64,000 bases of DNA, from the NCBI RefSeq assembly GCF_009914755.1, contig NC_060928.1. One strand, given 5' to 3'. The translations under genes and the position numbers were made by a program. Below, in pieces: positions 39,858 through 55,213 of this stretch (position 1 is its first letter; each line of letters opens with the position of its first letter). Source of the DNA: the human T2T-CHM13v2.0 reference genome, Homo sapiens. Below the pieces are notes generated by a model, which was not told the DNA's origin, did not search any database, and was given only the letters and a program-made list of their open reading frames with translations.

Positions 39858-40400
39858 TGGTACCAGGCACTTTGTTAGGGGCCAAGGATGAAGAAACAGA
39901 CACAGCAGACACAGTGCTTACCCTCATGGAGCGTATGGTCCAGTGGAACTTACTGGACATACAAGCAAAGAAGTGAAGTGTTTGTTATGACAAACAGCAG
40001 TTGAGAAGCTCTGAGAATATAAAGTAGGAGAACTTATCTGGCATCAGGGTCTGAGTCAGGGAAGCTTTCTTGCAGAAACCTGAAAAATAGATAGGAGGAG
40101 TTTGTACGACTGAAAAGAGGAGGGTGGGCAGGGAGAGAAAGAAGCTCTAATGAGAACAGCATGGATGAGGACACTGCAGAGGGAAGATGGGCAGTGCAGT
40201 CTGTACAAGGCACAGAAAGACAGCCAGTGTGATGGATGTGCAGAACACAGCGGGGAAGGCTGAAGGAGCTGGAGGTGCCTTCTGAGCTAGCTTAAGAGGG
40301 TTGGGTTTGTACTTCCAGGTTAATAGGAAGCCATTAAAACCCCACCAGGTTTTAAACCAGGTGTGGTGGGTGTGATATGAACAGATTTGTTAGTTTATGA
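39858..40400 (-). mobile_element. L2
   Basis: 'taccaggcactttgttagggg...ccctcatggagcgtatggtccagtgg...cagggaagctttc...taataggaagccattaa'. Confidence 0.75.
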
Positions 40401-41599
40401 AATAAAGTCTTATTTGGCTCTGTTTCCAGTGACTATCATTGTAAGTATAAGTGCATGGAGGAGCTTAAGTGCTCTTTGCCTTGTGTATAGTGAGTGCTTG
40501 ATAAATATTAATCACCTCACATGGTGTGTATGTGAGTGTGTGTTGAACAAGGCAGCATTTTAGGCATCCATGTGTAGGTGTGTGCCAGTGACACAGGAAG
40601 TGAATACCTTAGGCTCAGCAAAACCGAACTTATGTGGTAGCATGGACTGCCAATGCTCAGCTTCCTTGAGGCCAATTATGCATTGCCTTGTGGGTAACAC
40701 CATGGCTCTGGGCCCCTTATACAATACATAATTTGAATTATAGACTAAAATGATTTAGAGGAGGCATAATTTTTCATTATTTCAGGCTTAGAGGCAGGAT
40801 TATGATTGACTGATGTAATTTAAAGTCCCTAAAAATACCACTGACCTGTAGAACTGAAATATTTTCAGTTCTTCCTTGCCAGGAGGTCATTCTGCATTTT
40901 ATGAGAAAGGAAGTCTGCAGAACAATGAAGGTGAAGGAGGCGGTGGGGGAGGATGCATTAAAAATGACATTGACCACAGATTTTGCTGTTATTGAAGTGA
41001 TACAGGAATGCCAGTCCCCTTTTAGCTCATTAGCAGTTTTTGGAGAACATTGAGATTTGGAAAGAGAGAATGTACAAGTATGTTTAGGGCATTGGTTAAC
41101 ATATGGTTTCAATTACAAGATTTGGCCTTTGTATTTATGGGGAGTTGCTTAGGGCAGAACAAATGTCATAGTCATACAATGTGGCATCCAAGAGCCATCT
41201 GACTTATTGTTTTAATAATTTGGAGAACGTAAGATCTCACCAACAGTGGGACTTGTCTTTTAAGTCTAATGTCTGGACTTGGGGAAGAACATTTGTCAGA
41301 GTCCCCAGTAGAAAGGGAGGAGGACTTGGGGATTTCTCATTCAGGAAGAGACAGTGGAAGGAACAAAAGTGTCAGCTTCAGTTAGCCCTTCATTTGAATG
41401 CTGGCTCTTGTTTATTGAGAAAATTAGTCTACCAGAACTATAGTGTTCTCATGCGGTGAAACTACTATGAACCTCACAGGATTTTGACACATAATGAAAA
41501 TTATACATAGAAGGCCTCAGGCTTTCTAAGAATTCTTCTTAAAAGCTGTTATTATTATTATTACTCTTGGTATTTTTTTCCTGTATGATGTATCAGTGG

Positions 41600-41821
41600 G
41601 TCAAGTGCCTCATTACCAACCTTTCAGGACTCTTTAAATTGCTTACATCTATACACCTGCCATTCAAGATCCAGTCCTGGAAGTTATGCAGAGACACTTC
41701 TGCTGCATACCACTGGTAACACAGGCTACTGGGCCGGCCAGACTCAAAGGGATAGTAAATTGATTCCATTTCTTGATGTGAGTAGTGGCAAAGAATCTTG
41801 CGGCCATCTTTCATCCACCAA
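41600..41821 (-). mobile_element. MLT1 (G/H-like) LTR fragment
   Basis: 'cacttctgctgcatacca...ccagactcaaaggga...tccatttcttgatg...gcggccatctttcatccacca'. Confidence 0.6.
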
Positions 41822-41829
41822 GCTGATTT

Positions 41830-42030
41830 GTAGTTTTAAAAGATCACTCTGACTGTTATGTGGAAGATGGATTGAGATATGAAAGCAAGTAGCCTATTTA
41901 GGAAGTTTCTGTGATGGTGCAGGAAAGAATAACATCTTGGAATAGGCTTGTAATGAAGAAATGGAAAGTAGATACATTGCAATATATTTCAGATATATTT
42001 AGAGCTGACTAATGGATTGGTTCTTGAGGG
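41830..42030 (-). mobile_element. L2 fragment
   Basis: 'ttttaaaagatcactctgactgttatgtggaagatggattg'. Confidence 0.7.
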
Positions 42031-43769
42031 TAAGACTGCACATTTCTTTGGCCAATTCCTGTAGTCAGGACTATAGCCTGAAAGGGGGAGGACATGGCTC
42101 CGGGACCCTACCGTCAAACTGCGTGCTTGGCTGGTTCTCATTCCAGACATGCTGGCCTCCTCATTCAAGTGCTAATTCCTTTTACAATTTCATAGGAGAG
42201 GTGAGGCGAGGTGGATTCCTTTAGCACCCGTTCTTGCTAGTCAGCCTTTCTCTGGAAAAGTTCTAAAAACTTAAACCAGTAACACATTCTTTTTCCTTTA
42301 AAATGCAGAGTAGAAGGTGGTTTCCTTGCTGGGCCAAGAAAACGGTCAAGTGTTCTCCTGCTTTTGGCGTGCTCTTGCCAGGCACGTGGCTTCTGGCTCT
42401 CCCGGCCGGCCTGGGAGCTGGGACTGGGCACCGCCTGCTCCCCTTTGACTGCCAGGCCCCTACTGGGCCTCAGGTGGCACAGGCCCCACTGAGCTTGTTT
42501 TCTCAGCCAGGCAAGGAGACTCATATTCCCAATGCTGCCCTCGGTACTCCAGACCAGCCCCAAATTGTGGGGCCTGGAGAGCCCCCTGGTTCACTTGGGT
42601 CCATTGATGGTGGACCTCACTGCTGTGTCTGTTGGCTCTGTGCCTTGTGAATGCTGCGTCTTTTTTCTGATGTCACTTAGCTTCTCCAAGGTGGAGTCTG
42701 ACCAATGTTTCAACCCACGAGGGCTCTCAGCAGTCTGATTGAAGAATGGTTTTCCCCCTACACCCAGGAGGGGCCACAGTCTTGGGGCAGATGCTGGCCT
42801 CTGGAGGCCCTGGGTGGCCAGGCCCCCTCATGGGAAAGGACTGGGCATCCCTTTGGTGTGTGGAATTGGGACCTTCCAACTCCTTCCTGTAGAGGAACCC
42901 AGCAAACGTGGGCCTGACAACACTACATTTTTTTCGGGTTATCAGTTTAAAAGTTGGAAGCCCAGAAAAAGAGAAGAGCCTTGAGGAAGGTCAAGCTTTC
43001 CTTGTTGTGTTTTGCATGTTACTTAATTCACTCAGCTTGCTGAAGTTGGTGGTGTTTGTGAAGACAGACAGCAGAGGGTCACAGAGGTTGAGAACTTCAC
43101 CAGGGTCACACAGCAGTGAGTGAGTATCAGGACAATCGGCCCAACTTCCGAGCTGATCCTCTGGGTGCCCTCCTCAGGGCAGTGCCTTTCAGGCCCTATG
43201 ACCTTGACCCACAGTAAGAAGTCCCTGTTAGGGCTGGACTGGACCAGCACTTGACTGCGTACTTGTCATTGACAGCGGGGCTTCAGGAAGCAACCCCAGC
43301 TCACTACTCCACTGTGTGCACTGCCCCAGGATGCTGTCTTGTCTAATTCATTTGTCAGCATACCTTGGCCCTCAGGATCTGCAGGCTTATTTCTGTCACT
43401 AGCTGCTTTTTGGAGATTGTTGCTTTGGTGCAGGACTGGTAGGGAGCGGACCCTCTGGAACAGGACAGTGGTTGAAAGAATAAATGTGTCTGCAGGATAA
43501 TTCATAGCTAAAGGCAGGATGGGAATGAACCCAAGTTTAAGGTTGTACAAACTTGCTGTAATTATAAGGCTGTGGGCACGTTCAATTTTATTGTACACAC
43601 TAAAGCTTTTAATTTTGTTTGAAAGGAAAAAAAGACTGCAAACTCCAGTCTAAAGGATTTGAGGGATCCCTAATGTAAGTTTAGAGTCCCAACCAGAAGA
43701 TGTACACCGAGTGTGCCTAGTAACCTTTAGAGCCATAGCATGTTCGAGAACTATCCAGGGTCCTGAAGC

Positions 43770-44400
43770 ATTCACTCCGCTTTACCCATTTATCCATCCA
43801 GCAATCTCTGGCTTTGTGCCAGGCACGATGATACATACTAGTAGTATAAAGACCAGAAGGACAGGGTCCCAGCTCTCAATGAGATCACAGTACTTTTGTG
43901 ATGATTGGCAAGAAATCCTAGGACAGTGTGATGAGTGCTAAGATAGAGAGTAGTAAACAAAGGGGACACCTAGGCCAGCATGAAGAGTTCAGATAAGGCT
44001 TCTGGATGAAGTTGACCTTTGAACTGAATACTGAAGGATTAATGACAGGTGTCCAGGTTATAAAGAGTCAGGGAGAAGGTATTTCCTCCACAAACAGCTT
44101 GCAGTAACAAAATTATAAAATGCAAAAGGTCAAATGACTAGAATTGAGGCTGGAAAGGCAGGGAGAAGGTCACCAAGGACCTTGTATGTGAGCCTTAGGA
44201 ATTTAGATTTCATCCTGCAGACAATGAGGAGGCACAGAAGGGTTTTAAGTAGGGAGAGAGACATGGGATTATGTCTGCCTTGTTAGCTAGCTCTCCATGG
44301 CAGCACAGAATTGAGTGGAGGCAGAAAGAACAGAGGCAGGGAGGTCGTGAGATCTCTGTTGCAGTAATCAACTAAGGTGGTGGCAGTGGGGATGGAAAGT
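43770..44400 (-). mobile_element. L2
   Basis: 'ttgtgccaggcac...gataaggcttctggatgaag...tttagatttcatcctgcagacaatgagg...aactaaggtggtggcagtggggatgga'. Confidence 0.78.
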
Positions 44401-45203
44401 ATGAGGAGAATCATTTTCTCCCTCTCCTCTTTATCAAGTTGACTGCTCAGGAATTTCTGCTGAGAATTCTATTCTTTAAGGAACTTACTGGGGAAAGTTG
44501 CTACCATCTCTTTCTACCTCTCATAGCCTTATTTGGTTTCTGAGTGATTGAGTATCTAACATAACTTAGTGTCCTTTGCCTTTTAGAAATAATTGTCATA
44601 TTGAAGTTGAGTGTTCCTCTGAGGGTGCCTGGACCTCTCAGTTCTTCAGAGATGTTCTTCCTGGGAGCAATTGATGTTCTTCTCTCTGTTGCTTCCTCCC
44701 TCCCCTAGATTGATGGGTTAAGAATCTGCTCTATAGATCCAATTCTTTTAATGTTCCCACATCCACTTCTGGAAGGCGGTAATAGGTGGCATCTCTACCT
44801 TCACAAGTAGAATGAACTATATTCTTCACACCAATTTTACAGCAATAAAATGCACTCAGTATTTTTAATGGGCACGCATTCCTGAGATGTCAAGAAAATA
44901 AAATTAGCAGGAGTTGGTGGCCAAATTCCTATAGGATATAGGAGATAGGGAAGAGATGGACTCCTAGATAATACCTCTGTGTAAGGCTTGGAATGATTTT
45001 ACTGTTTGCTGGGATGGATAATACAGATGCTAATAAAGATAATCTGTCTTTTCAGGGAAGACATATTCAGGTGGGAGAGAAATAACTAACCTCAGATGTG
45101 AAATGGGGATATAGCAGATGCTGTCAGTGCTTCATGTCCATGTTCATGGTTGCTTTCATTCCTACTATGGTTTTAGTGTGTGCCCTCAAAAATTCAGGTG
45201 TTG

Positions 45204-45428
<225 letters not shown>

Positions 45429-47082
45429 TCAGGTGTTGTTAATGATAGTATTAAGTGGAGCCTTTAAGAGATGATTAGGCCACCAGGTCTCCTCCATCAC
45501 AAATAGGATTAAGGCCCTTATAAAAGAGGTTTCACACAGTGGTCAGCTAGCTTGAACTTCTGCCTTCTGCTATTTGAGGACCTAGCATTCCACCCCTCTG
45601 GAGGATGCAGCATCAAAGTGCCATCTTGGATGAAGAGAGCAGTCCTCACCAGACAAATGAACCTGCCAATGCCTTGGTCTTGGACTTCACAGCCTCCAGA
45701 ACTGTGACAAAACTAATTTCAGTGTTTCTAAACCACCAAGGCTCAGATATTTTTTTACAGCAGCACAAACAGACCAAGACAGAAATTGGTACCAAGAGTG
45801 GGGTGTTACTATGCCAAATACCTAAAAAAGTGGAAGTAGCTTTCAAACTGGGTAATGGGTAGAGGCTGAAACAGTTCTGAAGTGAATACTGTAGAAACTC
45901 TACAGTATCCAGAATTGACTATTAAGGGCAATTCTAGGGAGGGCTCAGAATAAGAGAAAAACTGTAGCAACAGCTTCAGTCTTTATAGTGATTACTAAGT
46001 GGTCATGATCAGAATGTGGGTAGAAATATGGAGAGTAAAGGCTGTTCTGATGAGTTCTTAAGTGTAGATGAGCAATGTCTTATTGAAAACTGAAGGAAAG
46101 ACAACGTTTGTTACACAATGACAAAGAACTTGGCTGAATTGTGTCTGTTCCTTGGGACTTCAGGGAAAGCACAACTTAAGAGTGATGAACTAGAATATTT
46201 GCTGGAGGAAATCTCTAAGCATCAAAGTGTTCAGAGTGCTGATAACTTCTCTTAATTGATTATAATAAAATGCAAAAAGAACCTATTTAAGGATAGAATT
46301 TATAACAGAAATGAAAGCAGAATGTAAAGATTTGGAAAATTCTCAGCCTGGCCATGTATACAGTAAAAAAATGTGGTTAGGAGAACAAAATCAAGGGAAT
46401 GGTCAAGTGATCATTTGATAAGAAGATTAGTATGGATATAAGGCAGCCAGGTGCTATTCACAAAGATAATAGAAGAATGACCCAGAGATCTTTGGGATAG
46501 CCGTACCCATCACAGGCCCAGAGTGCCAGGGCCTTGAGGCAGAGTGGTTTTGAGGGAGAGTCCCAAGGCCCATGTGGGGTCTTAGAGCTCAGGACCATCT
46601 CAAGTCTCTGGTTCCCCACATTCTTGTACAGCACTCTTTGGTTACCATAGCCATAGCTTAAGAAGGCCCAGGTGCAGCTTGGACTGCTTCCCAGGAGGGT
46701 GCAGATGGTGAGCCTTGGCAGCATCCATGTGGTGCTAATTCTGCAGGTTTGCAGAGTGAACAAGCCATGGAGGCATTACTTTTTCCACCTAGATTTCAAA
46801 GAATGTCTCAGAGTCCTGAGACTCAGGCAAAGATCTGCTGCAGGGGCAGAGCTGCTGCAGAGAGCCCCTAATGAGGCAATGCCTAGTGGAATCATGAAGG
46901 CAGGTCTCCCCTGAAGCCCCACACCTGTAGAACCACTAGCACACAATGGCAGCCTGCGAGAGCTGTAGACTCTAACCTGTAAGATCTGAGGCATGGGTTG
47001 TGCCCAGCAAAGCTATGGGGGTGGGGTCCCCTGCAGCCAGCATGTATAGAAGGGGGACAGGGGTTCAAAGAAGATTATTCTC

Positions 47083-47405
<323 letters not shown>

Positions 47406-48239
47406 TTAAGACTTAATGTTGTTTACCTTTTGGGTTTTGGACTTACTGAGACCTGTTATTCCTTTCCTCTTTCCTATTTCTTCCTTTTGGAATGGGAATG
47501 TCTAGCCTATACCTGTCCCACCATTGTATTTTGTAAGCACATAACTTGTTTGATTTCACAGGCTCACAGCCAGAGGAGAATTTGCTTCAGAGTAAATCTC
47601 ACCTTTGAATCTCACGCATATCTGATTTAGATGATATCTAGAAGAGATTCTTGACTTTGGACTTTAAAGTTGATTCTGGGATGAATTAAGATTTTGGGGG
47701 GCTATTGGGATGAAATGATTATATTTTGTACGTGAGAAGAATATGAATTTTGGAGTCCCAGGGGAGGAATACTCTGGTTTAAATGTGTTCTTTCCAAAAT
47801 TCAGGTGTTGTGAGTGTGATGATATTAAGAGGTGATTAAGGGCTTACATGAGGGCTCCTCATGGGACCTCCCAATGCACTTAGCTCCAGCTTGTCAGAAC
47901 CTGCATATCTTTTTTGGAGGGCTTCTCTTAGCCTACTAGAATGTTGTTTGATGCATAAAAAGCTGGAATTGCTTCTGGAGACACAAGTATAAATTTGTAA
48001 ATCCTCCAGCTCTCTTGTAGCCCAATCAAGGATCCTCTGAGAAGTGACTCACTGTCCCCAAGCTCCCCCTTGGGATTTCTCTGGAGACTTGGCTTGATAT
48101 CACATATTTGCTGCTGGTCTTTTCCTTCCTGGTTCCACTTCTTTACTCCCTGGTGGTTTTCCCAGGAGAGCTTGCTAATAGCTACTGTCAGACGAATCTC
48201 AGGCCTACTACTGGGGAATCAAAACAAAGATTGGGAATA

Positions 48240-48400
48240 TCACTAATGTTAATTAATGACATTAATTGTATCAATTCATCATTAATTAATAATATTAATG
48301 ACAAATAATATATGGTGATGTATTAATCATATCAACTCTGAGTATAAATCATATTAACTTATAGAGTTGATATGATTAATTAATAATACTTATAGAGTTG
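48240..48400. repeat. AT-rich low-complexity block with a perfect 18-bp inverted repeat
   Basis: attaatcatatcaactct (48322-48339) / agagttgatatgattaat (48363-48380). Confidence 0.85.
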
Positions 48401-48490
48401 TGAGGATTAAATACAATGAGGCTTATAAAGCATTTTATTACAACACTTGGCAAATAGTAAAAATTCAGGAATTGTTAGCTAATTTTTATT
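48385..48490 (+). mobile_element. MIR 3' fragment
   Basis: 'atagagttgtgaggattaaat...ataaagca...acttggcaaatagtaa...tgttagct'. Confidence 0.75.
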
Positions 48491-48687
48491 AAAGTGGGAT
48501 TTTAGGAATGCCTATTTAAAGTGTTCTCGGTCATTCATGCAGACGTGAAATAGGCATTTTAGAGCAGTGGTTTGCAAAATGTTTGTTCCAAGGACCTCTT
48601 ATGCTGTTAAAAATTATTGAGGACCTCGAAGAGAATGTTTTTGTAGAATATATCTACCAATAATTACAATTTTATAAATAAAAACTG

Positions 48688-49013
<326 letters not shown>

Positions 49014-49040
49014 TTATTTATTTATAAATGCATTTTAAAA

Positions 49041-49101
49041 TAGCTTCCCCTTATCAGCAGTTTCACTTTCCATGGTTTCAGTTACCTGCAGTCAGCCCGT
49101 C
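49041..49101 (+). mobile_element. Isolated MER44 left-end fragment
   Basis: 'tagcttccccttatcagcagtttcactttccatggtttcagttacctgcagtcagcc' is homologous to 49902-49960. Confidence 0.8.
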
Positions 49102-49898
49102 TTTATCTTCTGGTTGGGAAGGAGGGCTGCAGGCCCTCCCGGTGGCTGACAGGTTCAGAACCTTAGAGGGCTGGTGATTTGGTGCCATTTTCACAGCATT
49201 TAGCCAGCACTTTCTGTGCCTTGTCCTGTGTGCAAAATTCTATGGCCATTAGACAAGAGAAGCTTTATATCCTCTTAGCTGGAAGGGCTCAAGGAAGGAA
49301 CAAGAGCACCTCTAACCAACGGAGTTTTAGAAATATTGTAGCACCAAACCAGAACATTTTCCATTTCCACATGGAAGAGGGAAATAGTTTGGTCTTTTGC
49401 TTAGTAACTCTGAAAATGAGTGCTTAGGAGGTGTGCTGCACAGTGGGAAGCAGGAGAATTTATCCAAAAAGCTTTGGGTTCCTGTTTTTCCCTCTCAAAT
49501 ATGGTCCGTTTCTTCAGACTTCTGTTCTCAAGTTTGTCTCCTTCCAAGAATCTGATAAAACCCAGGCATGTGCTCAGCACTGTGTGTGATAACTCTTAAC
49601 ATTGTTACAAAATGTTCTGCTTTTAAAATCGATTAAATAAGGACATTTTCAGTTGTGAAGGGATGCACTCAGGTTCTAAATGTGAAGAAGAAATATCATG
49701 TGTAAGCAAACCAAATCTTAAATGACATGCTTTTATGTTCTGAAGCTAATTGCTGACTAGGGCTACAAAAGTTGCTATTTTTTTGCAGATGCCATTATTT
49801 TCTTAAAGTTTTCATAATTTTTCTTTCCTCCACGTTGCATTTGTTTCAGTATGCAGTCATTGTATAATCCTTACACGTGGACATCCAGGACACAAGTA

Positions 49899-50451
49899 TA
49901 GTAGCTCCCCATTTTTGCATGGTTTCATTCTCCATGGTTTCAGTTACCCACAGTCAACCATGGTCCAAAAACATTAAATGAAAAATTTCAGAAGTAAATG
50001 ATTCATAGGTTTTAAATTGCCCACCGTTCGGAAAAGCATGATGAAATCTCATGCCTGCCCCATCCATCCCACCTGGGACGTGAATTATCCCTTTGTCCAC
50101 CGTATCTATGCCATCTGTGCTATCTGCTCATTAGTCACTTAGGAGCAGTCTTGGTTAGCAGATCAACTGTCAGAGTTTTTCAATCCTTATTTCCAAGTAG
50201 CCCTTACTTAATAACGGCCCCAAAGCACAAGAGAAGTGAAGTTGGCAATTTGGATATGCCAAAAAGAAGCCAAATATATGCCAAAGAGAAATTGTTAATC
50301 TCTTACTGGTTCTAATTTATAATGTACACTTTACCAGAGGTGTGTGTGTATAGAAAGAAACCTGGTTATATAGGGTTTGGTAATATCTGCAGTTTCAGGC
50401 GTTCAGTGGGGGTCTTGGAACATATACTCCGTGGATAAGGTGGGACTACTG
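49899..50451 (+). mobile_element. MER44B-like (Tigger7-derived) MITE
   Basis: TA|tagtagctcccc...ggtttcagttacccacagtcaaccatggtcc...gataaggtgggactactg|TA. Confidence 0.88.
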
Positions 50452-50559
50452 TAACATAATGTTAACAGAAGTAACATTTTAACCAAAAATACTTATTTTT
50501 TTCAAAATGAAAATACAGGGAGGAAATGCCATTGTTTGCATTCTTGCAAATCTTTTTAA

Positions 50560-52075
50560 TACCTGTTTTTATTGAAACCAGTATTCTTATATCTGCTTCA
50601 TCATGCATTCAATTGCAATGTCATGTTTTGGTTGAAATATATGAAGAAAACCTAACTTCTGACAGATACATAGTTGAAGAAGTGAGAAATATTTTAATAG
50701 TTTGTTTTTTCATGTCATTTTGAACATTCTTTGATACCACACCAAAACTCAACAAGCAGTATCTTCTTAAAGATTATTTGAGTTACAGAATCCGAAATCA
50801 TGTCAGTGAGATTTCATTCTCTCTCACGTTAAAATCCTTTATTCTGTCTTGAAATTTAAGTGGTTCTTTTACCCACGCATGATTTTTGTAACACAATATA
50901 TTAGTAATTTGAAAAATAGTCACTGACTTATTTAGACCTTCCACATATTGGCATATTCCATTATAAGATTTTTAAAATTTAATTTATTAATACCACCACT
51001 GAACTCATTCGGAAAATCTTTAAATAATTGAAAAGCTGTCTAATTCATATGAGACACAAATTTTCTAAAAGACGAATTTTCACTTGAAAACTCAAAATTT
51101 TATTGGCAACAAATACATTCTGATATTTTTCTTGAAATGACAGGCTTCTTTCATTCCTATTCAGGTTTGCAGGTCACACATTCTGTGAAGTAAAAATGAG
51201 GTAGCATGCAAAATGTGTCTAGTCCAGCTTACAACTCAATTGCAAAAGTGCTTTCTTCCCCCCTGGAGAGAAGTACTTTATATGTACTTTCTATTTTGTC
51301 AGACAGAATATTAAAAAGCATACTCAAAGGATGAAAATTCAGTAATTTTTTATCCTGATTCATCAGTGCCATTCTTAAGTGAAATTGGCTTTTATTTATG
51401 AATTTGAGGTAGTGAGAAATCCAATGACTACCTGGAAAGCAGTTTGGTGCCACTGCTTGAATTTGTGCAAAGGAGCCAGCAGTTTCGCCCATCACTGAGT
51501 TCACAGTATCTGGGAGAACATTTGTTTTATCATTTATCCTTGGAATAAATGAGATCCAGTATCTGGGAGAACATTTGTTTTATCACTTATTCTTGGAATA
51601 TTCATGAATAATATTCCAAGAATATTCCAAGAATAAATGATAACTTTGAGATTAAAAAGTTATTCAGCACCTTGAGTATTTCACCACCAATGTGTTTGTG
51701 CAAGATACTCACATAAAAGGTCATTGGCGATTAGTTGCTGCTGATACCAGACAAATACAAGCAAAACTGCAAGTCCAGTCATATCTCTTGACTTGTCCAT
51801 TTGTAAGACAAGAGTGAAATTCTACAATGAGCGATTGAGTCAGTCTTCATGTTTGCAATTAAATCTTTAATTGGAAGGGTTGCTATATGTCAATATCATT
51901 GGAAACTGGCCATGCTGCAATTTCTTCTGCTGACTTTTCACGCAACAGGGACACCCACATAAGGCTTCATCAGCCTCAGCCACCCTTTGAGCTTCGTCAG
52001 CCAGTGCAATGGATAGCTTATCCTGAATATGCTTCAGTGGCTTCTTCATTTATAGTTTGAAAAGCTGCAATAAAA
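50560..52075 (-). pseudogene. Decayed Charlie/Buster-type hAT transposase
   Basis: Manual minus-strand reading gives LQMDKSRDMTGLAVLLVFVWY (cf. hAT LQLDESTD..LAQLLVFVRY) and IALADEAQRVAE; ORF 51229-51504 has LFNILSDKIESTYKVLL. Confidence 0.75.
51504..51643. repeat. 44-bp direct duplication plus 23-bp inverted repeat plus 11-bp tandem duplication
   Basis: 51504-51547 is similar to 51557-51600; 51580-51602 is inverted at 51621-51643 (22/23); aatattccaag occurs twice. Confidence 0.9.
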
Positions 52076-52119
52076 TTTTTTTGTCTTTTATGGATCTTGT
52101 TTTTTCTGTATTTAACATA

Positions 52120-52766
<647 letters not shown>

Positions 52767-52854
52767 TATTTAGTTTTTTTTTTTTCCTTTTAAACTCTGA
52801 AAAAATTGGTCTCAAAATGATGCCACAACTTAAATAGTACCACAGTATTATTCT

Positions 52855-52965
52855 ATAATGCACTGTTTGGGTTATAGCTATACTAGAAGCCCAGACCTCA
52901 CCACTACGTAATGTATCCATGTAACAAAACTGCATTGGTACCTCTTAAATCTGTATACAAATTCA
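52855..52965 (+). mobile_element. L1PB/L1MA-like 3' end fragment
   Basis: 'tactagaagcccagacctcaccactacgtaatgtatccatgtaacaaaactgca'. Confidence 0.8.
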
Positions 52966-53540
52966 GTGAGATAAATTATTAGTATCTATGATGCTGGAGG
53001 AAAGAAAATAGTTTTCTTTGTTTTCTGACCTGGTTTCTTTGGCATAGCTTCCTGTCCTCCAAAGTCAGAACTCCCTGATATGTCAGTTTCACCTTTTCCA
53101 GCACAGTTAGACATGGATGATATAGGTTTGGGCTGAGGAAGCACGTATTTTAGATTTTCTAAAGCTAATGAACTATCCTTCAAGGTGAGAAAAATACACT
53201 GTAAATAAATGTTTATTTATTTTAAAGTAAAATGTATTAAATTATAGAATAATGGTTTTAGGCAAATTTAAAATTATATATAATTTTCTGGAAGTTATCT
53301 TGAAATTATTTCCTAAACGAACACAAAACTAAATGGCAAAATGTGTTTCATTTTTGTGTTTCTAAGTGAGTATAAGGAAAATTATAGAATTTCAAAGGAA
53401 CAATTTTTGGGGATGATAATGAGATTACAGAGATCAAGTAGTTACACTGAAGATGGCTAATAAGGACACAGTAGAAGTTCTGAGAACAATCTGAGATCAT
53501 TTTTGAATATGCATGTTTATGCCCCAAACCTACTACTTTA

Positions 53541-53687
<147 letters not shown>

Positions 53688-53690
53688 TAG

Positions 53691-54135
<445 letters not shown>

Positions 54136-54669
54136 TGAAAATCATTTTGAACTTCTGGACACCCTGGAAAGGTCTGGGACAGCCGCAAAAGCCACATTTT
54201 GAGTGCTGATATTACCACACTTTGGGCTGGAGATGTGGTGTTGAAGCAGCGCCTGTGTGCATGTACATGTGGAAAACACTCAGTGCAGATGCTGGCATAG
54301 AGCACTCAGGAAACCTTAGCTGCTACCGTTACAGAGGGGAGATGAATCCACAGAAAATTTCCCCAGAACAAGAGGGGGTAAGAGAGAATAAGATGAGAAA
54401 AGTGCTCTGAATGGAACCTTCAGGACCTTCACTATTTATGGAATGAATTGGATGTCCCAGAGATGGGTGTGAAATTGCCAACAGACAATTTAGAGTCTAT
54501 GGAAAAGGATACGGACACTTCTGCAGACAGTGACAAGGAAGAAAGTTATAACCTGCAGACGTAGGTATGGCTCAGGTGCCCCAGAGCTCCCCGTGGGGTT
54601 GTGCAGTGGCTCACATCACCTGCCAGAGTGAGGACCCCACTGCATGTGAGAAACTCCACATCACTCTCA

Positions 54670-54846
54670 CAAGGATTTTATGCCTTCTTTTGATATCTTG
54701 CATCACTCTTGCTGTTACTTGTTTGACATCTGCCTCCTGGAGCTCCAAGAGGGAAGAGATCGTACATGTCTTCTTCTATGCTCTGGCTGCCTTGCCTCCA
54801 TGCTGTAGACACTCAATAAATATCATTTGGCCAAATGAATGGATGG
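54670..54846 (+). mobile_element. L2 3' end
   Basis: 'gagctccaagaggg...gtagacactcaataaatatcatttggccaaatgaatggatgga'. Confidence 0.7.
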
Positions 54847-54868
54847 ACTTGACTTTAGAGTAGCTCTT

Positions 54869-55213
<345 letters not shown>

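Noticed and set aside
48507-48558. 11-bp inverted repeat aatgcctattt / aaataggcatt
   Set aside because: Short, AT-rich and 30 nt apart; no TSD to support a MITE, so it may be chance
51504-51643. Repeat-spacer-like pattern resembling CRISPR
   Set aside because: Only two copies, a 9-bp gap, primate DNA and no cas genes
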